Source: Sphagnum compactum
Lineage: Eukaryota
Assembly (NCBI GenBank): GCA_965153455.1
Contig: OZ234493.1
Span: 3,596,001 to 3,660,000, forward strand
Direction: 5' to 3'
Length of the DNA: 64,000 nucleotides
The position numbers and the translations under genes were made by a program. Shown piece by piece: positions 13,231 to 40,224 of the stretch; position 1 is the stretch's first letter; every line of letters starts with the position of its first letter. The notes beneath the pieces are model-generated. The model was not told the origin of the DNA. It saw only the letters and a list, made by a program, of their open reading frames with translations, and ran no database searches.

Positions 13231-13814
13231 AAAAGCTTGATAAAGTCACAAAGAAATCTCCACAACAACAATATAAAAGACTCTCAATTTGGAGAGAATG
13301 CTTTTGGAAATTTGTTTTAAAAATTTAGAAAACTTTAAAACCTTTTTTTCCTACCATTGGACCTTTGGGTTGGAAAGGGAGATCCTAGCCATTGCACCAC
13401 ATTTTTTCTTAAAAAATCTTGTGCAAAAAAAATAGTTAAAATGTTAATCATAATTTGAATACAATAAAAAGTATTGAAAATATTTTTCCTAATGGGCACT
13501 GTCTTGCAAGTACATCAATCTAAATGATAAATTTAATTCATGACACCTAATTTAGTGCTTGCTTTTAAGCCAATAAAAACCCAATACTAATTTAATGTCA
13601 TCATGTGGGCTTCGAGGGTTGTGTGTTGATGTGGACATTTTAAACTAATGATAATGTTAAAAAGAACTAAAACTAAGGTAGAACTACCCATCATTGATCA
13701 CTACCCTATCACTAATCACCTTTTTAAATCTTCATCATCTGTGCTTCATTTTGAGTGATTTAAAATGTTATGAGAGTGCTACTTCAAATTCTAAAAATCA
13801 TGTTTGAAGTGCAA

Positions 13815-14073
13815 ATGAAAGGAATATTGGAAAAAATAGCAAGAAAAAAAAGAAGGTTTCAAACCCACAATACGCGTGTTTTTCCTTTTTTCTTTTTTTT
13901 TGAACCCCTCCTACTTTCAAAGCTTCTAACTTTCTCATTTCGTGTCCATTTTAACAATTTAAAATGTTATATAAGAGCACCACCTTTAATTTTACAAATC
14001 ATCTTTGAACTCTAACAGCAATAAAACAACATACAAGGAATTTTTTGGGTGACTGGGTTTAGGTTTTGTAGTG
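13815..14073 (+). repeat. Dispersed repeat (TE relic), homologous to 1600-1856
   Basis: Colinear similarity to 1600-1856. Confidence 0.7.
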
Positions 14074-15219
14074 TTCAATGGTTTTTTTTGAGTTCTTGAC
14101 CCCCTTTCCTTTGGGGAGCCATAATTTTCTCAACTTGTTTTTGACAATTTTTAATGTGCTAGATAGGAGAGGTTCAAGTTTTATTTGGACACCAAAAACA
14201 ACAGAGCCCTCCCCTTGGATCCGACCTACCCTGATTTCTTAAGTGATTATTCATGGGTTGTTCTACCTTAATGGTTTTTGCTATTAGGTACCTGAATGAT
14301 GCAAGTTTTTATGTAAATAATCTAGACATTTGCATATTCCATCTATTTTGTTTCTTATGACATAGGTTGAAGATGTTGTGTAACCTTGGGCACATGCATG
14401 CTTTCATGGGCTTATGAACCTTTGTTAGTTGGTTAACAACCTATGTTAAGGAATGTGTTAACAATGTCGAAGGCTTTTCACACTAAACCTAATACTTGGT
14501 TAACCCGTGAATTTGGTTCGCTTAGCCTTTCATGTTTACCTCCATCTAATATTAAGTTTCATAGGTTATCATACTTTACAGTTTGTTCAAACCATATTTC
14601 TAAACATACATTATATCTTTTCCTAGCCCTATTCAGTACTATTGCATTGTAGCAAAATACAAGTTAGAGTTATTGTGAGTTTCCAAAGAGCCATTCTCCA
14701 TGGATATTTTTTAAGATGGAAAAGTATCTGAACAACCCATATTTTTGTAGGTTTAAAGCTTTTCCAAGCAAATGAAAAAATTGTTATTATTCATGATAGA
14801 AAAAATGTTATTATACAAAAAAAAACTTCACAAGGAGATTTTGGAACAATGAAGCCTTTTCATTGTTGTTTGACAAGTTTGAATAAAGATATTGGGAATC
14901 TCACAAAAACTAATGAAAAAGAAAAATTGGGAGGTTTTTGTTGCAGTTGTGAACATAAAAGGTACTATGGTACAAAAAATTGGATTCATTATAATAGGTG
15001 ATCAAGCACCCATTGTTCATAAAAGGCCATTGTTAATCTTTATATTTTATTTTAACTACCTTTCCTTCATTATGAATAGGTAACAAATGTGCACCAAATC
15101 CATCCCAGGGGGAACACTTAATGTAAAGTTTGGGATATACGTACATTAAACGACCATTTTTAAGGGGGGTATTATGTTTAACCCATTTTTTATCACCATA
15201 TTATTATCTAATTTTCTAA

Positions 15220-15383
15220 TATATACATATTAAAGCCAATTTATATTAATTATAATTCAATATTTCATATTATTTCATACCCTATATTATAATTAAATTG
15301 ATTATTTGAATAAAATGTACCCTATTTTTTAACTAATTAACTTATAATTTTTACCCAACAACCAATATATTGCACCTTATATT
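15220..15383 (+). repeat. ~165 bp AT-rich dispersed direct repeat, copy 1
   Basis: Highly similar to 19919-20082 (TTATATTAATTATAATTCA...ATTATTTGAATAAAATGTAC...CAATATAT). Confidence 0.8.
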
Positions 15384-16699
15384 GGCTACAACCAAGCTTG
15401 CACTTAGTAGGTAACTTACACCCTTTTTGTTTGTGGAATGTTTTGATTCCATGGCCTTTAAATGTTTGTGTACAAGTTATTCAACATTGTCACAATATCA
15501 GGAAATAGAGAATCCAAAAGCTACAATTAAACCATTTCTAATGACGTTTCCCTCCCTTTGTTTAGATGGATGCAAATTGATTCTTATGTGTGGACATATT
15601 TTTTATTTATTTATACCAATGTCCCCCCCCCCCCTTGGAAATCCATTTAGGTTTTCTTTTCTATTTCTTGAAATTATATGCTTTGGTTTAAGTTGATTCC
15701 AAATTTCACAAAAATCATGAAACACACAACATGTTTTTGTCACCTTTGTTACTTTATTCACTCTAGAGTCGAAATTTCTCAAGATTTTCCACTTATATTT
15801 TTGGTGAATGAAAAGCATTTTTTTTGTTATAACTTTATCTTTCTTCTTGTGAGAATCATATCTTGTTTTGTTCACATCCATAAGGTTTCTAGTCTTCTAA
15901 ATGTTTTGCAAAAAATGAAATTTTTATGTTGAAGAAATCATATTGTGCAAGTGTGACCTTCTTGCTTGGAAGGTGGATCCAATAGCTTTTGATAACAAGA
16001 TGTGAACATCAAATCATATGGATGTAGAATTATTGCCCATATCATAAATGTTAATATTTGGTATATGGATCCACCCATCTTGAAGAAAAAGGGGTTTTTA
16101 AAAAAAATAAAAATAAAAATCTTAAAGGCTTTTTCTATCATTGCATATATGCTTCAATAATTGGTAAATTATGAAAGCTTTGGATTTCCTTTTTCTTCCC
16201 TTTGCAAATTTCTCATTGGTTGTGCCATTATCATTGTCATCATGGCAATGGACAATTTTGTAATGCATAAAGACACCAACCATGGATGTCTATGGCCTAT
16301 GACCCTCATCATGACATATGTCCTAAAAAAAACACAAGTTGTTTACAATGCAACATGCAAAAGGACGCTAAAATGAGGACAAGAATTAAAAGATTTGTGA
16401 GAATGAGACACACTTGAAATTGAAAGAAAAGATGAATATATAGGTAAACGGATTAAAAAATTAAGCCTTTACTTGTCCATGCATATTTTTTAATTTATAA
16501 ATATTTATTTTAAAATTATAGAAAATTTTCTTTTTTTCCTCGTAAATAGAAATTTGAAGCAATAGCCATGACTATGAAATGATCCCCAAGGCTTTTGTAT
16601 TGAGTTTGGTTTAAGAGTTGAGTATGGTTTATTTGAAAGCACCTCCGCCCATGGAATATGCATCCAAACCTTATTCCAATGTTTTATCTTCTTTGTGGT

Positions 16700-17250
16700 T
16701 TTTTTTTAATTATTTTCTTTATTTTTGTCAATTCTATGATGTAGGCAAACAAAGTCTAAAAGTCACAACCATCCAAAAGAAAATCTAGCCAAATTTGGCT
16801 ATAAGACATATATATGGAAAAAAAAATAATTTTTTATTTTTCAATTAATTTTGTGATGTTGCTCGAGTGGTGATCATCCATAAGAATCTTTAGCCAAATT
16901 TATTGATATTCAAACTATGAAAATAGAAAAAATCTTAAGCACACTTTCAAGTTGTAGGCAAATTGTGGTGAATTTTGGCAAATTTAATTTCTTAAAAAGG
17001 AATTTATCACAAAATATTTTTTGTAAAATGGTGGAAATTCGCCACCAAAAAAATCACTATGTGGAATTTTTTTTAATAAATGATCTTTCTATATTCTAGG
17101 CCACCCACCAAAACCTATTATAAAAAGTCTAGCAATTTGGATTTTTCTTTTCTCGAAATATGGCAAATTTGGACCAATATTTTCATAAAAAGTCCTTTTG
17201 TATACATTTTTCAGGTTTAAAATAGCCAAATTTGCCACCCAAAAAAATCA
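16700..17250. repeat. Cluster of MITE-like repeats with palindromic core TAGCCAAATTTGGCTA
   Basis: Core or variants at ~16787, 16891, 17223. Related copies at ~19610-19890, ~20155, ~23465-23770 and, inverted, ~58560-58700. Confidence 0.55.
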
Positions 17251-18394
17251 CTCTGCCTTTTGCCATTGAAATTAAAAACTTCTTGTACTTTACGCTGCGG
17301 AATGCCTACTACTTCTATAGTTCTCCCCTAATTTTTTGCCCTATGCACTTAGGGCCTACCACCCTCAAAGCTAAGGACCCTCAAATTAGGGAAGGTGCCT
17401 TGGTAGCAACCCTTCCCCTATACATAAAGACCCTAAAGACCTTTGGAATTATTCCAAGTGTAATTGGATGGCAAGTTCTAAAGAGGAATTCGACTATTGT
17501 GAAAATGCCCGTGCCTTCCATTTTCATGAAGGGCTTTTCCGCCCTACGGAAGTGTACCTTCTCTTTTTTAGCCTTGTCGACCATCCACCTTGTGATTTCT
17601 TGGATGATTTCATCCACTGAATCTCATCCATCTCATCCATTTTGACGGGTATTTACATTTGGCAACATCCTTCATTAAAGACATTACAAGAAGGATGCTT
17701 GTGCTCGGCTATTGCCTTGCTCGGCTATTGCACTTGCCTCTCTACCTTAGGCCTTATACCCTAAGGTTCCTCCACGGAACTTTTTTGTAAATTCGTCAAA
17801 CAAAGTCCCTACCCTATTATTAACCTAATTTTGAAGCCCTAAGGCCGAATTATTAATTAATTTAGAAAAATCCATTTTGAAAATAAAGAATATTCCCAAA
17901 AAAATTCAGTCTCCTTCACACGAGAATTTTCTTTGAGAAATGTTTTTGTAAAAAAAAAATAAAAATTATTTGTGTTGAAGTTGCCAAGGTAGGAAGTTCC
18001 ACTTGAGATCAAGTCCCACTTTTTTTACTAAATTTCTTCTTTGGGAAACATTTTTGGATAAAAGCAAAGTATTTTCTTAGGTTTGAAGCATTTGGGTCAG
18101 CCTTTTTTTTTCTCTATCTACCCTAGAACCTTGGCCAATTTGACACTAATTATATTATTTTCAGAAATTTTGAAATTAAAAAAAAAAATTGGTCCAAATC
18201 AAAAGGTATTGTGAAGGAAAATAATGAATTTTTCAAAATTAATTAATTATTCAATGGACATGTGTTGAAATGGCCAAGGTACTACGGTATAACACAATTC
18301 GTTCAATTTTCAACCGTTTCATGAACAATTGTGGGAGGACATGTCATATCGAGTCTATTCATGTTTAACGTGCAATAAAAGCCATGCGAGGAGG

Positions 18395-18730
18395 CCATTC
18401 GCACTCTAGAGTTGAGGGCAAAGGTCTAAGGTGTAGTAAAGGGCCCTACTCCCAACAAGGCTTTACCCTATACCTAAACATACATAGATCGCAAAGGCGG
18501 GGAAGGGGAAGAGTCCTTATGCCTACTCCTCCAAATTAGTGGGAGGGAAAATATGTAGGCGTAAGATCCCTTCTCTTCCAAGTGTTTGTGGAGGGCACAT
18601 TATATGCATGAATGTCCCTACTAGAAGAGAGAGGAGGGAACAACTAACTATGGTTCACAAAAATGTAGGTAGTGCGGATCCTCTATTGAGGCAAATACTT
18701 TGTTAAGTGTAAGAGGCCCTCCACATATAC
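18395..18730. repeat. Dispersed repeat family with GTAAGATCCC modules
   Basis: GGAGGGCAC...CATGAAT.TCCCT.CTAGAA...GAGGAGGGAAC shared with 54270-54330. GTAAGATCCCTTCT shared with ~5610. Reverse modules GGGATCTTC at 44830-44920. Confidence 0.6.
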
Positions 18731-19918
18731 TAAATTGCTTTTGACATATCTATGTGCTTTTCCTATGTGGAATAGGAAACCCCTATAGTACTCCAAAAAA
18801 AAAATTAACCCTAAAAAAAACAAGAGTGAACTATATAGGACTACCAAGATGTACCAAGATGTATACTAGGTAGTAGTATCTTGCAATTTTGAGGCAAGAA
18901 AAAGCTTTAGGACAAACACTTGAGGAATTTAGGGCTTCTCAACACACTTGAGGATAGTTGTGGTGGAGGTTGTGGTGGAGGTTGTGGTGGTGGTGGTGAT
19001 GGTCATGTGGTCTCCGGATCTTTAGATATGTCAAGATTTTGGGAGACACTAGGTACGATAAGTGTACCATGGCAAGTTCAACATTTCAATGTCGAATAAT
19101 TATTTTATTTTTCAAAGATTTTTCATGTCCAAAATTAGAATATTGCAAAATAATATCCTAAATTTGAGTATTTTTAGTTTTTTTTTTTGGCAAAATTTTG
19201 TCATATATCATTGATAACTTAGCCCTTTCTCTTTTTGTTGAAAAAAATCTTGAGAAAAAACCAAATTAAATTGCCTAAATTCTACCTTGTGATTCGGAGA
19301 AGGTGTCAAAATGTAGCTATAACATTAGCTTTCCTTATCATTTTCATTATGTTGTAAACCCTAAACCCTAAACCCCTCACCCCCATTTCCACACACACAC
19401 ATTCTTCAAAAACAAATACTTGAAACAAATACCCTAAACCTTAAAACCTTGAACAACTATGTATGTCTAAAAGGATGACTAATTGCATAATATCAATAAA
19501 TAGAATATGGTCTAGTAGTGTGTGTTGGAGAACTACTAGATTGTATTTTAATTTTATTGTTGTTTTGAAGAATATATCATGAGATTATTGGTGTGTGTTT
19601 TTTTAATTGTATTTTCAATTTTGTGATATAGTTAAATCGGGGACCATCAAGTAGAATTTAAATCTAAATATACTATATAGACATTTACCTAAATTTGGTT
19701 AGAAACTACATATGAAAGTTTTAAAAATTAATCCTTTGGTTACCAATTAAAAAATGTTATAGAAATCTAGAGATTTAAAATATATTTTATATTCCCTCGC
19801 AAATTAGTGTCAAATTAACACAATTTTTTTTTTACAATGTCAGAATCATATTTTTCAGATTTAAAAACTGCAAAAAATCGCCAAAATAAACACCATGGGA
19901 TTATTGTTATTATTTTTA

Positions 19919-20082
19919 ATATATACATAATAAAGGCACCTTATATTAATTATAATTCATTATTTCAGATTATTACATACCTTATATTATAATTAAATTA
20001 ATTATTTGAATAAAATGTACTTTTTTTTAATTAATTAACTTATAAGTTTTACTCAACAAACAATATATTACACACTATATTT
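19919..20082 (+). repeat. ~165 bp AT-rich dispersed direct repeat, copy 2
   Basis: Highly similar to 15220-15383. Confidence 0.8.
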
Positions 20083-23000
20083 TTATTCACGTACTTTTTA
20101 CTTTTTTTTTACTATAGTAGGATTCTTCAACTTTTTTACTTTCCTTTTTGACATATAGCCAAATTTGGCTAATTCCTCTTGTGGGCAATTGCCAATGTGG
20201 TTAAATCACAAAATTGGGGGGAAAAAAACAATTTCATGCTTAAAATATATTTAAAAATGACAAGAAAATTTCATTACCTTCTTGCACCAATTTTGCATCT
20301 TGTTTCCTTTGAATTGAATAATAAAAAATCAATTGAATTTGAGTTCAATTCCAATGAAATCTAAATTTCATTCAATGATTTCGAATTTAATTGAAATTTG
20401 GATTGAAATAATTTAAAATTAAAATTCCATTCAAGTTTCATGCAATCTCATTCAATATTTTCATTCAAATGGAAATTTTCTTTTTTTGCATCATTTCATT
20501 CTCACTAGTAGTGTGTTTCTAGAAAATAACTTAGAATTATATATTTTATGGAGAACCTTTAAATTTGATTTTTTTTTAAAAAATTGAAACTATCTTAGTT
20601 CTAATTCCAAACATAAAAGAAATTGGGAATCGACCCATATATAAATATATGTAATTTTTAAAAATTATTGTTATCAAATTTTCTTTTTCAATAAATTTTT
20701 TTTTAAACATGAAAAGCTACATTGATTTTTTAATATTCCATTTTCAAAATAATATATTTTAGAACCGGCAGGTTTCATGGAAGCCGGAAACAACCGACGG
20801 TTCCGTGGGGTTATTTTGATATTTTGGGAACCGCAGCAATGGGCCAAGATCACCGGTTCTTTTCATTTATGAGAACCGCCGGTCAAAAAGAGATAACCGT
20901 TCTTCAACGTTAAACCTAAGAACCCTCGAACCATAAACCCTAAACAAACCCTAATCCGGAAAATCAAAGGCCGTCTCTTATCCACCGTCGAATTTTTTCT
21001 AATTGTACGGTCGATCGAGATTTATAGGAGGAAAATACATATTTCTAAAGAGTGGAAAAAATAATTTTCTAATTTTAAAAGGATTTTTGCATGCGATTCT
21101 TCGTAGCATGTACGAGAGACCCGAGATACGTCGGGAACTTGAATTCAGTTAGAATGTGAAAGTTCGGAATCGGCATTTTTTTGTGTGGGTGTATTCGAAA
21201 TGAATTACGAGACGGGGAAGGGGGGGGGGTCCCCCTTTTTGTCACCCATCCGGTATTGGTCTGAAACCGTTCACAAAGCCCGATCTCGTATTGGGTGCTT
21301 CCCAACAAAGGTCGGTCGGGCTTCACAAAAACCAATCAAATCAAAAAGACAAGAATAAATTGTTGTGGACCCCCCTCATGTTAGTTAGGGATTCCGATCA
21401 CACTTATTATTTGCCCATCTCCTTCCGTTCACATGTGTTGTTGGTGCCGCGGGGCGGGGGGTGGTGTCATTCCGGTGGTGGTGCGCGCGCCTTCTTATTA
21501 CTACCTTTGGTGGCTTCGGAACTAATTGTATATTATTTTCAAAAATGTTGAATTTTTCAAATAATTATATTTTTTTGAAATAACAAACAAAAAAATTGTA
21601 GTGGAAAAATATGGGGTCTCCAAGAATATTCTATTTTGTCATTTACTTTCTTTGATATTAAAAATATAATAATATTTTACACTTAAGAAAATATACTAAA
21701 TAATAATGAAGTTAGTATGCTGGAGAGTTTGTTTTGGATTTTTTACATGGCAAAATAGGGTTTTTACACCGCAAATTTTTGGCAATTTCAAAATTAATTA
21801 ATTAATGCCTAACTAGCCGAAATTGTGCCTCTCTCTCTCTCTCACACACACACACACATTCTCATGTACAACATTTGCATACGATAGTGGCCTTTTGGTG
21901 ACGAGGCTTTTGTCCGGTAAAATAGTGGGAATTTGAAGGAGCGGCTTATTTCCGGAATGCCTTGCTCGACTCTCCGCTTTCTCGGGAGGAAAATTTTGGG
22001 TTGAATAAAGTGCCCTACAAACACACTAGGAAAATTCTGCGGACGCTTCATAAAAGGGAAAAGGCTCTCAATCATGCCATCTTTGGATAAAATCAAAGGG
22101 GGGGGTTGGTATTTGTTTTTTTCTTTTTTGTTTTTTCTTTCTCTTTTGGGGGTTTTTGGGGGTTGAGGATTTTGCCCACAAGAAGACCAATAATGAAAGA
22201 TTGGCCGACTTTTTTCATCCTATATGGAACAAACATGCGGCCCCTCACAAATCTCGGAAAGTTTTTTTTCAATGATTAGGTGCTTTGATTCGTTCGTGCT
22301 TCGAAATGTTCAAACAAAAAATGTTTGCGCCATATCCCATATTTGGTGAAAAAAATTGAAAACAATTTATGCGTTAGCCTAACTAACTCGGACAATTATT
22401 CCCTTAGCCTACCTGCTCAAAATCACCCCCCAAGCCCCAAAAAAAAAAAAAAAAAAAACCAAATCATCATGTCATAAGTGCACAACTTGGGTTGTGAAAT
22501 TTGTACTGGGGATATCGCTAAGGACTTCGGACGATTACTATTATGATGTGCTTGTTGATTTATACTGACTCGGAGGGAGAGGAGTTGTCGCGTATATGTA
22601 GCAGCAACCGGAGGTGGCGCTCAGGAAAATGGAAAGACAGGATGAAACTCAGTTTACCACCAAAATTGATGGTTTTCTGGAGTTTCAACCCGTGTTGAAT
22701 GCTAGTGTACTCTTTTGCAGGTTTTTTTTAAAATCTCACCCTGTGTATGTATGACCAAACTCAGGGTTCTGGTGCTGTGTCTTCATCACTTTACGGATAA
22801 CTCTAATAACTTGGTGTTTTGTTTTTATTTTTTCCCAACCCATTTCCAATATACAAGATTTCTCGTCAAAGAGCCTCTCTCTCTTCGACTGGTCTAACTT
22901 TTCACCACCCTTCTCTAGAACAAACTTTGGGCCCATTGAACCAACATATGGGGTGCATCAAATCCCTTATTATGTGTCTTATGGTGAGATATTTGACTCA

Positions 23001-23859
23001 AGTCGATTAGTTGTGGGCACCCTTCCAAATTTGATTTTTTCTTTTTCTTTTGTGATGGGCATTTTTCATTGGCCCATCACCAAAAAATTAATCAAGCTTT
23101 GGACAGTACATAAGTAGATAGGTACATTGTAATTGCCTCCTTTGGGTTGCTTATATAGGTTACAAGAGTAGAAGTCGGATACGGGATTAAGTAGTGAGGA
23201 GTTATTGGGAACATGTTGAGTACGTCTTTGGGAACACATTGAGAACAAAAAAAATCCAACACCCTCACCCTCCCCCCCAAAAAAAGAAAAAAACATTGGC
23301 AAGCCCCTTTCTCATTATAATGAAATTTGACAAGGTTTTCCCAAAAAGAAAAAAGAAAATAAAAAGTCAATACACTAGGAAAACAAAAATTCCCAAAAAC
23401 TTTCCATTTATTATTATTTTTTCAACAATAAGTTGAAAAAAAATGGAATTTTATTTTATTTTATTTCAATTTTTTTTATGTTACATAAATTGGCTAGCAT
23501 CCCAAGAGGCATTTAGGCTAGCATTAAAAAAATGTCCACAAAATTTTAGAACTTGTCTAAATAAATATTTGAAAAAAAAAAACTAGTTTTTAAAAAAATG
23601 CTAGCAAATTAAAATAATCAGAGTCCAAACGTGGCAGCGAAAGTTTTGCCAGATTTTTTTGTTTTTCGAAATTTGGCGATTGTTTTTCAGAGAGTATTCC
23701 TGTGTTTTTAATTTTATTTATTTATTTATTTATCCCATTTAAGCGAAATTTCGAACAAAAAGAAAAACGCTGGCAGCTGGCTGGAGACTTGTTAAAAAAT
23801 TTAAAAATTAAAAATTAAAATAGTTTAAAAATAAAATCGAGGTCCCAGTACAACAATCG

Positions 23860-23970
23860 CCCGCGTTCCGTGTCCCTTTTGCCACGTCGCCCAGGTCCCG
23901 AAACCACTCCTATTTTACGTGTGTCCCATTGAGACGTGGACTTGGTTGCCGGCGCCTTACGTGTAAAGGC
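23860..23970 (+). promoter_or_regulatory. Cluster of ACGT-core (ABRE/G-box-like) elements in the proximal promoter of PP4R3/PSY2L
   Basis: GCCACGTC (~23881), TACGTGT (~23916), GACGTGG (~23933), TACGTGT (~23958) plus CGCGT (~23863), at the AT-to-GC transition just before GA-repeat leader sequence. Confidence 0.5.
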
Positions 23971-24134
23971 GCCGTCTTCCCACCGGCAATCACCGGTAAC
24001 AAAACCTAGCCTAGTAACCTGCCTATTCGCCTAGTCCCTAGACCCCGTAGGTGGCCTACGCCCCCCTCTTCGCCGCTTGCTCTCTGCGCGTGCGCACTGC
24101 TGCGGAGTGGAAGACGCTCGCTCGCGAGAGAAAC

Positions 24135-24135
<1 letters not shown>

Positions 24136-24168
<33 letters not shown>

Positions 24169-24200
24169 ACGAGAGGGAGAGAGACACAGACAGAGAGAAG
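24136..24200. repeat. (GA)n microsatellite in 5' leader region
   Basis: Long GA run followed by degenerate GA/GACA repeats (also 24355-24422). Confidence 0.9.
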
Positions 24201-25555
24201 ACCTGCAGCGGCAAAAGGGTCCACACAAGTATTGGACATCGCCGAACTCGAGGAGGAGCAAGAAGGGAGAGTTTTGCTAGTGAAGCAAAAGTATATTATT
24301 ATGGAAGTGCAAGGAAGGGTGATGACCCATCGCCGTGGTAGCCATATCGCTTGAAAGACAGACACACAGAGAGACAGAGACAGAGAGATAAAGACAGAGA
24401 GGGACAGAGACACACACACACACGGAGTTTTTTTTTGAGGGGGTGGGTGGGGTGTGTGTGTCGTTACGGCCCTACTACAGAAAGGGAATTTGTGTGGGGA
24501 GCAAGAAAGCAAGAGTGGGTGGAGGTTGTGAAGAGCGGCTTTTTCTGCAACAACTGGGTTATTAGGGTTTACATAAGAGAACAAGAAGAAGAAGAAGAAG
24601 AAGATGGTGATTTTGTGATGCTGCTGCTCTCTGCTTGTATGATGGGGCGACAGTTTTAGGGTAAATAGGGAAATTCACCAAGAAAATTGGGAGAGATGGA
24701 TGTTGACATGGGTATTGGTTGTTGGATTTGTGATGGTGAGTGAAGAAGAAGAAGAAGAAGAAGAAGAATTAAGGGAGAGAGATGAAAAAACATGCAAGAT
24801 TGGAATTGTGAGAAAGTGGGGCAGGTTGTGTTTTTGCAGCAGGCGGATTTTTGGTTGGGGCAAAAGGATTTTTGGGTTGGGGGAAGATTCTCTCTCTCAT
24901 GTAGTAGTAATAGTAGTAGTAATATGAGTTACTGTCTCTTGAGAAAAGATTGAAGGAGAATAATGGGTGTTGGAGTGGGTGCTAATGCTGCTGGTGTTGA
25001 AGAAACTCCAGAAATTCTGCTGCTGGTGACAACGTAGGACATTCATTCTTTTTTTTGGTGGTTTTTCCCCATATTGGAGGGTGGAAAGCTTGTGGGGGAG
25101 AAGGGCTGGATTTTTCCCTGTTAACAACATCCAGTAACAGTTTCAAGGAAAGCGACATACATGACCGTGGTAGCATCCAGCCACACGAATCACATGGATT
25201 TCCACTATCTTCAGGTGGGTGTCTGGTTATTTGTTCCATTTTCACAACCCCCATGCACCCCTGTCCTGCCACCTTTTGTGTGATGTTGCTCTTTTCTTGT
25301 CTGTCTGGGAGGAATAATGATGTTAAGAATGCGCAATAGATTTTGAATGGTGGCAGCATATCGGATTTGCATGGTTTTTCAGACCAGTGAGTACAATGAC
25401 AGATGGTGAAAGAGTGTGGAGTACCTTGTATGTATGTCTGGGAGTTTTTTTTGTTGTTGGAACTTGAGAGTGCAACTGTCACTTGCACCATCCTTCGGAT
25501 CCTCTATTTATGAACCCCAAATAAGAGCTCAGGATATGGCTGGCAGCAGGTGTGG

Positions 25556-38354
<12,799 letters not shown>

Positions 38355-38481
38355 TGCAGTTGGGTGGGGGTACCTTCATATTTTTTTGGGGGTGGGTGCT
38401 GGTATATTGCATTCTCTGCTGTCAATTTTCTCCTGGGATCTGCTCTTGCATTCTTGTCCTTCCCAATTTTTGCAGGTGACA

Positions 38482-38524
<43 letters not shown>
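38482..38524. repeat. (CT)n microsatellite in 3'UTR
   Basis: CT run just after the PSY2L stop. Confidence 0.9.
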
Positions 38525-38528
<4 letters not shown>

Positions 38529-39270
38529 CTGTTCGTCTTTTGGAGTCCCACCCCCATTAGACTACTCACTGTGGGACAATATCAGTGAGCATTGAAATTA
38601 AAAGAAGCCCTGATGTTGGGGGTTCAGTTTGTTTTTGCCCCCCTGCCCGAGGACAAAAGGTGGCAGTGGTGGTGCACAATACCAAAAACCACCACCCTCG
38701 ATCCAGATGGATCAATTCTTGATCCCGTCTCCAAGATCTCTGAGTTGCTGCTGGAGCGCATTTGTCTAAGTACATGAGATCTGGTGTCTTCCACTGCAGT
38801 TGTTGTACCACTGTTGTTTCCTCTCTCTTTGAAATTGATTTGTAGGTTTTGCAATTGGGTCCTTTCTATTTCAATAGGTGTAAAATGTTCTGCACATATC
38901 CAACCAAAATAAATGGCTATACTGAAGAAGAATGACGGGCTTGTGTTGTTGTCAGTCTGTGATGGTGCGCATGTGTGTGTGATATGTGTCATTGTTTTGT
39001 GTGATATGTGGTATTTTTGTTTGTGCGATACGCGTTGTATGTGTGTGTGTGTAACACTTCTGCTGCAAGTGTAAATGCGTGTCTTCTCTTGGAAACAAAG
39101 CAAGTTCTCATCAGAGCACTGTTTGTCTGTCACAGATTATCATCATGTTCTGTAATCTTTGATACTCAAGGTGGACTACTGCCAAAGCTTTTGCTATTGT
39201 TCCCCCACAGGAGGGGTTACATCCAGATCATCTCTAATGTGATTCTTTCTGGAACAAAACTTGGTTGTAG

Positions 39271-39412
39271 ATGATGATGGTTACTAACACATAAGAGACT
39301 CTGGTGGATTCATCTTCTGATGTTTTGGTTTTGCATTGTTGTAAATGATGATGGCTACATCACATAAGAGATTCCAGTGGATTGTTGTTCTGATGTTTTG
39401 GTTTTGCTTTGT
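39271..39412 (+). repeat. Imperfect ~75 bp tandem duplication
   Basis: ATGATGATGG.TAC...CACATAAGAGA.TC..GTGGATT...TTCTGATGTTTTGGTTTTGC occurs twice. Confidence 0.8.
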
Positions 39413-39540
39413 GCATGAAGCATGAAATGCATTCTTAACTTGTGTACTCTTGCTGCAAGGAAAATGCAGTCATCAATGTTTAACTTGCAATTGCAGATCA
39501 ATCTTGTCACCTATTATCTACATCCTGTCGTCACAGGAAT

Positions 39541-39715
39541 TGAAATTCTTTGCCATTTTGTTGCATCTGAAGAAGAAGAAGAAGAAAACTGAGTGAGTTC
39601 CCACTGCAGAAGTATCTGCAGAAAGAATGAAATTCTTTGCCATTTTGTTGCATCTGAAGAAGAAGAAGAAGAAAACTGAGTGAGTTCCCACTGCAGAAGT
39701 ATCTGCAGAAAGAAT
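39541..39715 (+). repeat. Perfect 87 bp tandem duplication, followed by an imperfect ~88 bp duplication (39710-39865)
   Basis: TGAAATTCTTTGCCATTTTG...GTATCTGCAGAAAGAA repeated at 39541 and 39628. Confidence 0.92.
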
Positions 39716-40196
39716 ACATTCAATATGAAGACGGGAAAGGATTGTTCAGTAGGGGAAGAATGAATCTGAAGGAGAAGCAGCAGAAGCAGCCACAGAAAGA
39801 ATGCATTCAGTTGAAGAAGGGAAAGGATTATTCAGTAGGGGAAGAATGAAATGTGAATGAGAAGAAGAAAGATTTCTGACTCTTATGTTGCTCCAAGAAC
39901 CAATCCAGATAAAGGTGGATGCAAGAGCAGGAGCAGGTAGAATGCTAGATTTTTGTAGGAGGAAGGAAGATCAAGTTCGCAGTGTGTTAAGTAGAATGTG
40001 TTTTTTTTTTTAGTTTTCCCGTGCATCATGATCTTGCAGCATCAGCAACTTCTTCTCCTCTCACACAGCACAGATCTGATGAGTAGGAGGAGGTGAGAGA
40101 AGTCTCTTGCAGGCATCTCATCTGATGCGCTCTCAAGTCTGAAGACTGAACGCTTGCTTGCTCTTTTCGTTCGCTGTGTGTGTGTACTCTCACTGT

Positions 40197-40224
40197 GAAC
40201 CCTAAACCCTAACCCTAACCCTAA
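40197..40224 (+). promoter_or_regulatory. Telo-box / short interstitial telomere-like tract
   Basis: GAACCCTAAACCCTAACCCTAACCCTAA immediately upstream of a GC/purine-rich leader and a splice donor. Confidence 0.6.

Noticed and set aside
17232..17645. 137-aa (+) and 78-aa (-) ORFs in the intergenic repeat region
   Set aside because: No recognisable protein motif or splice structure; probably decayed TE sequence.
24006..25491. Long ORFs (192 aa, 169 aa etc.) on both strands
   Set aside because: They arise from GA/CT/GAA microsatellites in the PSY2L leader and give low-complexity translations.
39271..39393. Two tandem units each with ATGATGA...CTGA resembling C/D box snoRNAs
   Set aside because: C-to-D span is only ~50 nt, there is no terminal stem, and the would-be guide upstream of box D is the least conserved part between copies.
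40076..40150. CTGATGAG suggestive of a hammerhead ribozyme or C/D snoRNA
   Set aside because: No stem II followed by GAAA and no convincing flanking helices or terminal stem.
40197..40224. Telomerase RNA template candidate
   Set aside because: Several tandem CCCTAA(A) units rather than a single ~1.5-repeat template; no USE/TATA Pol III promoter recognised upstream.
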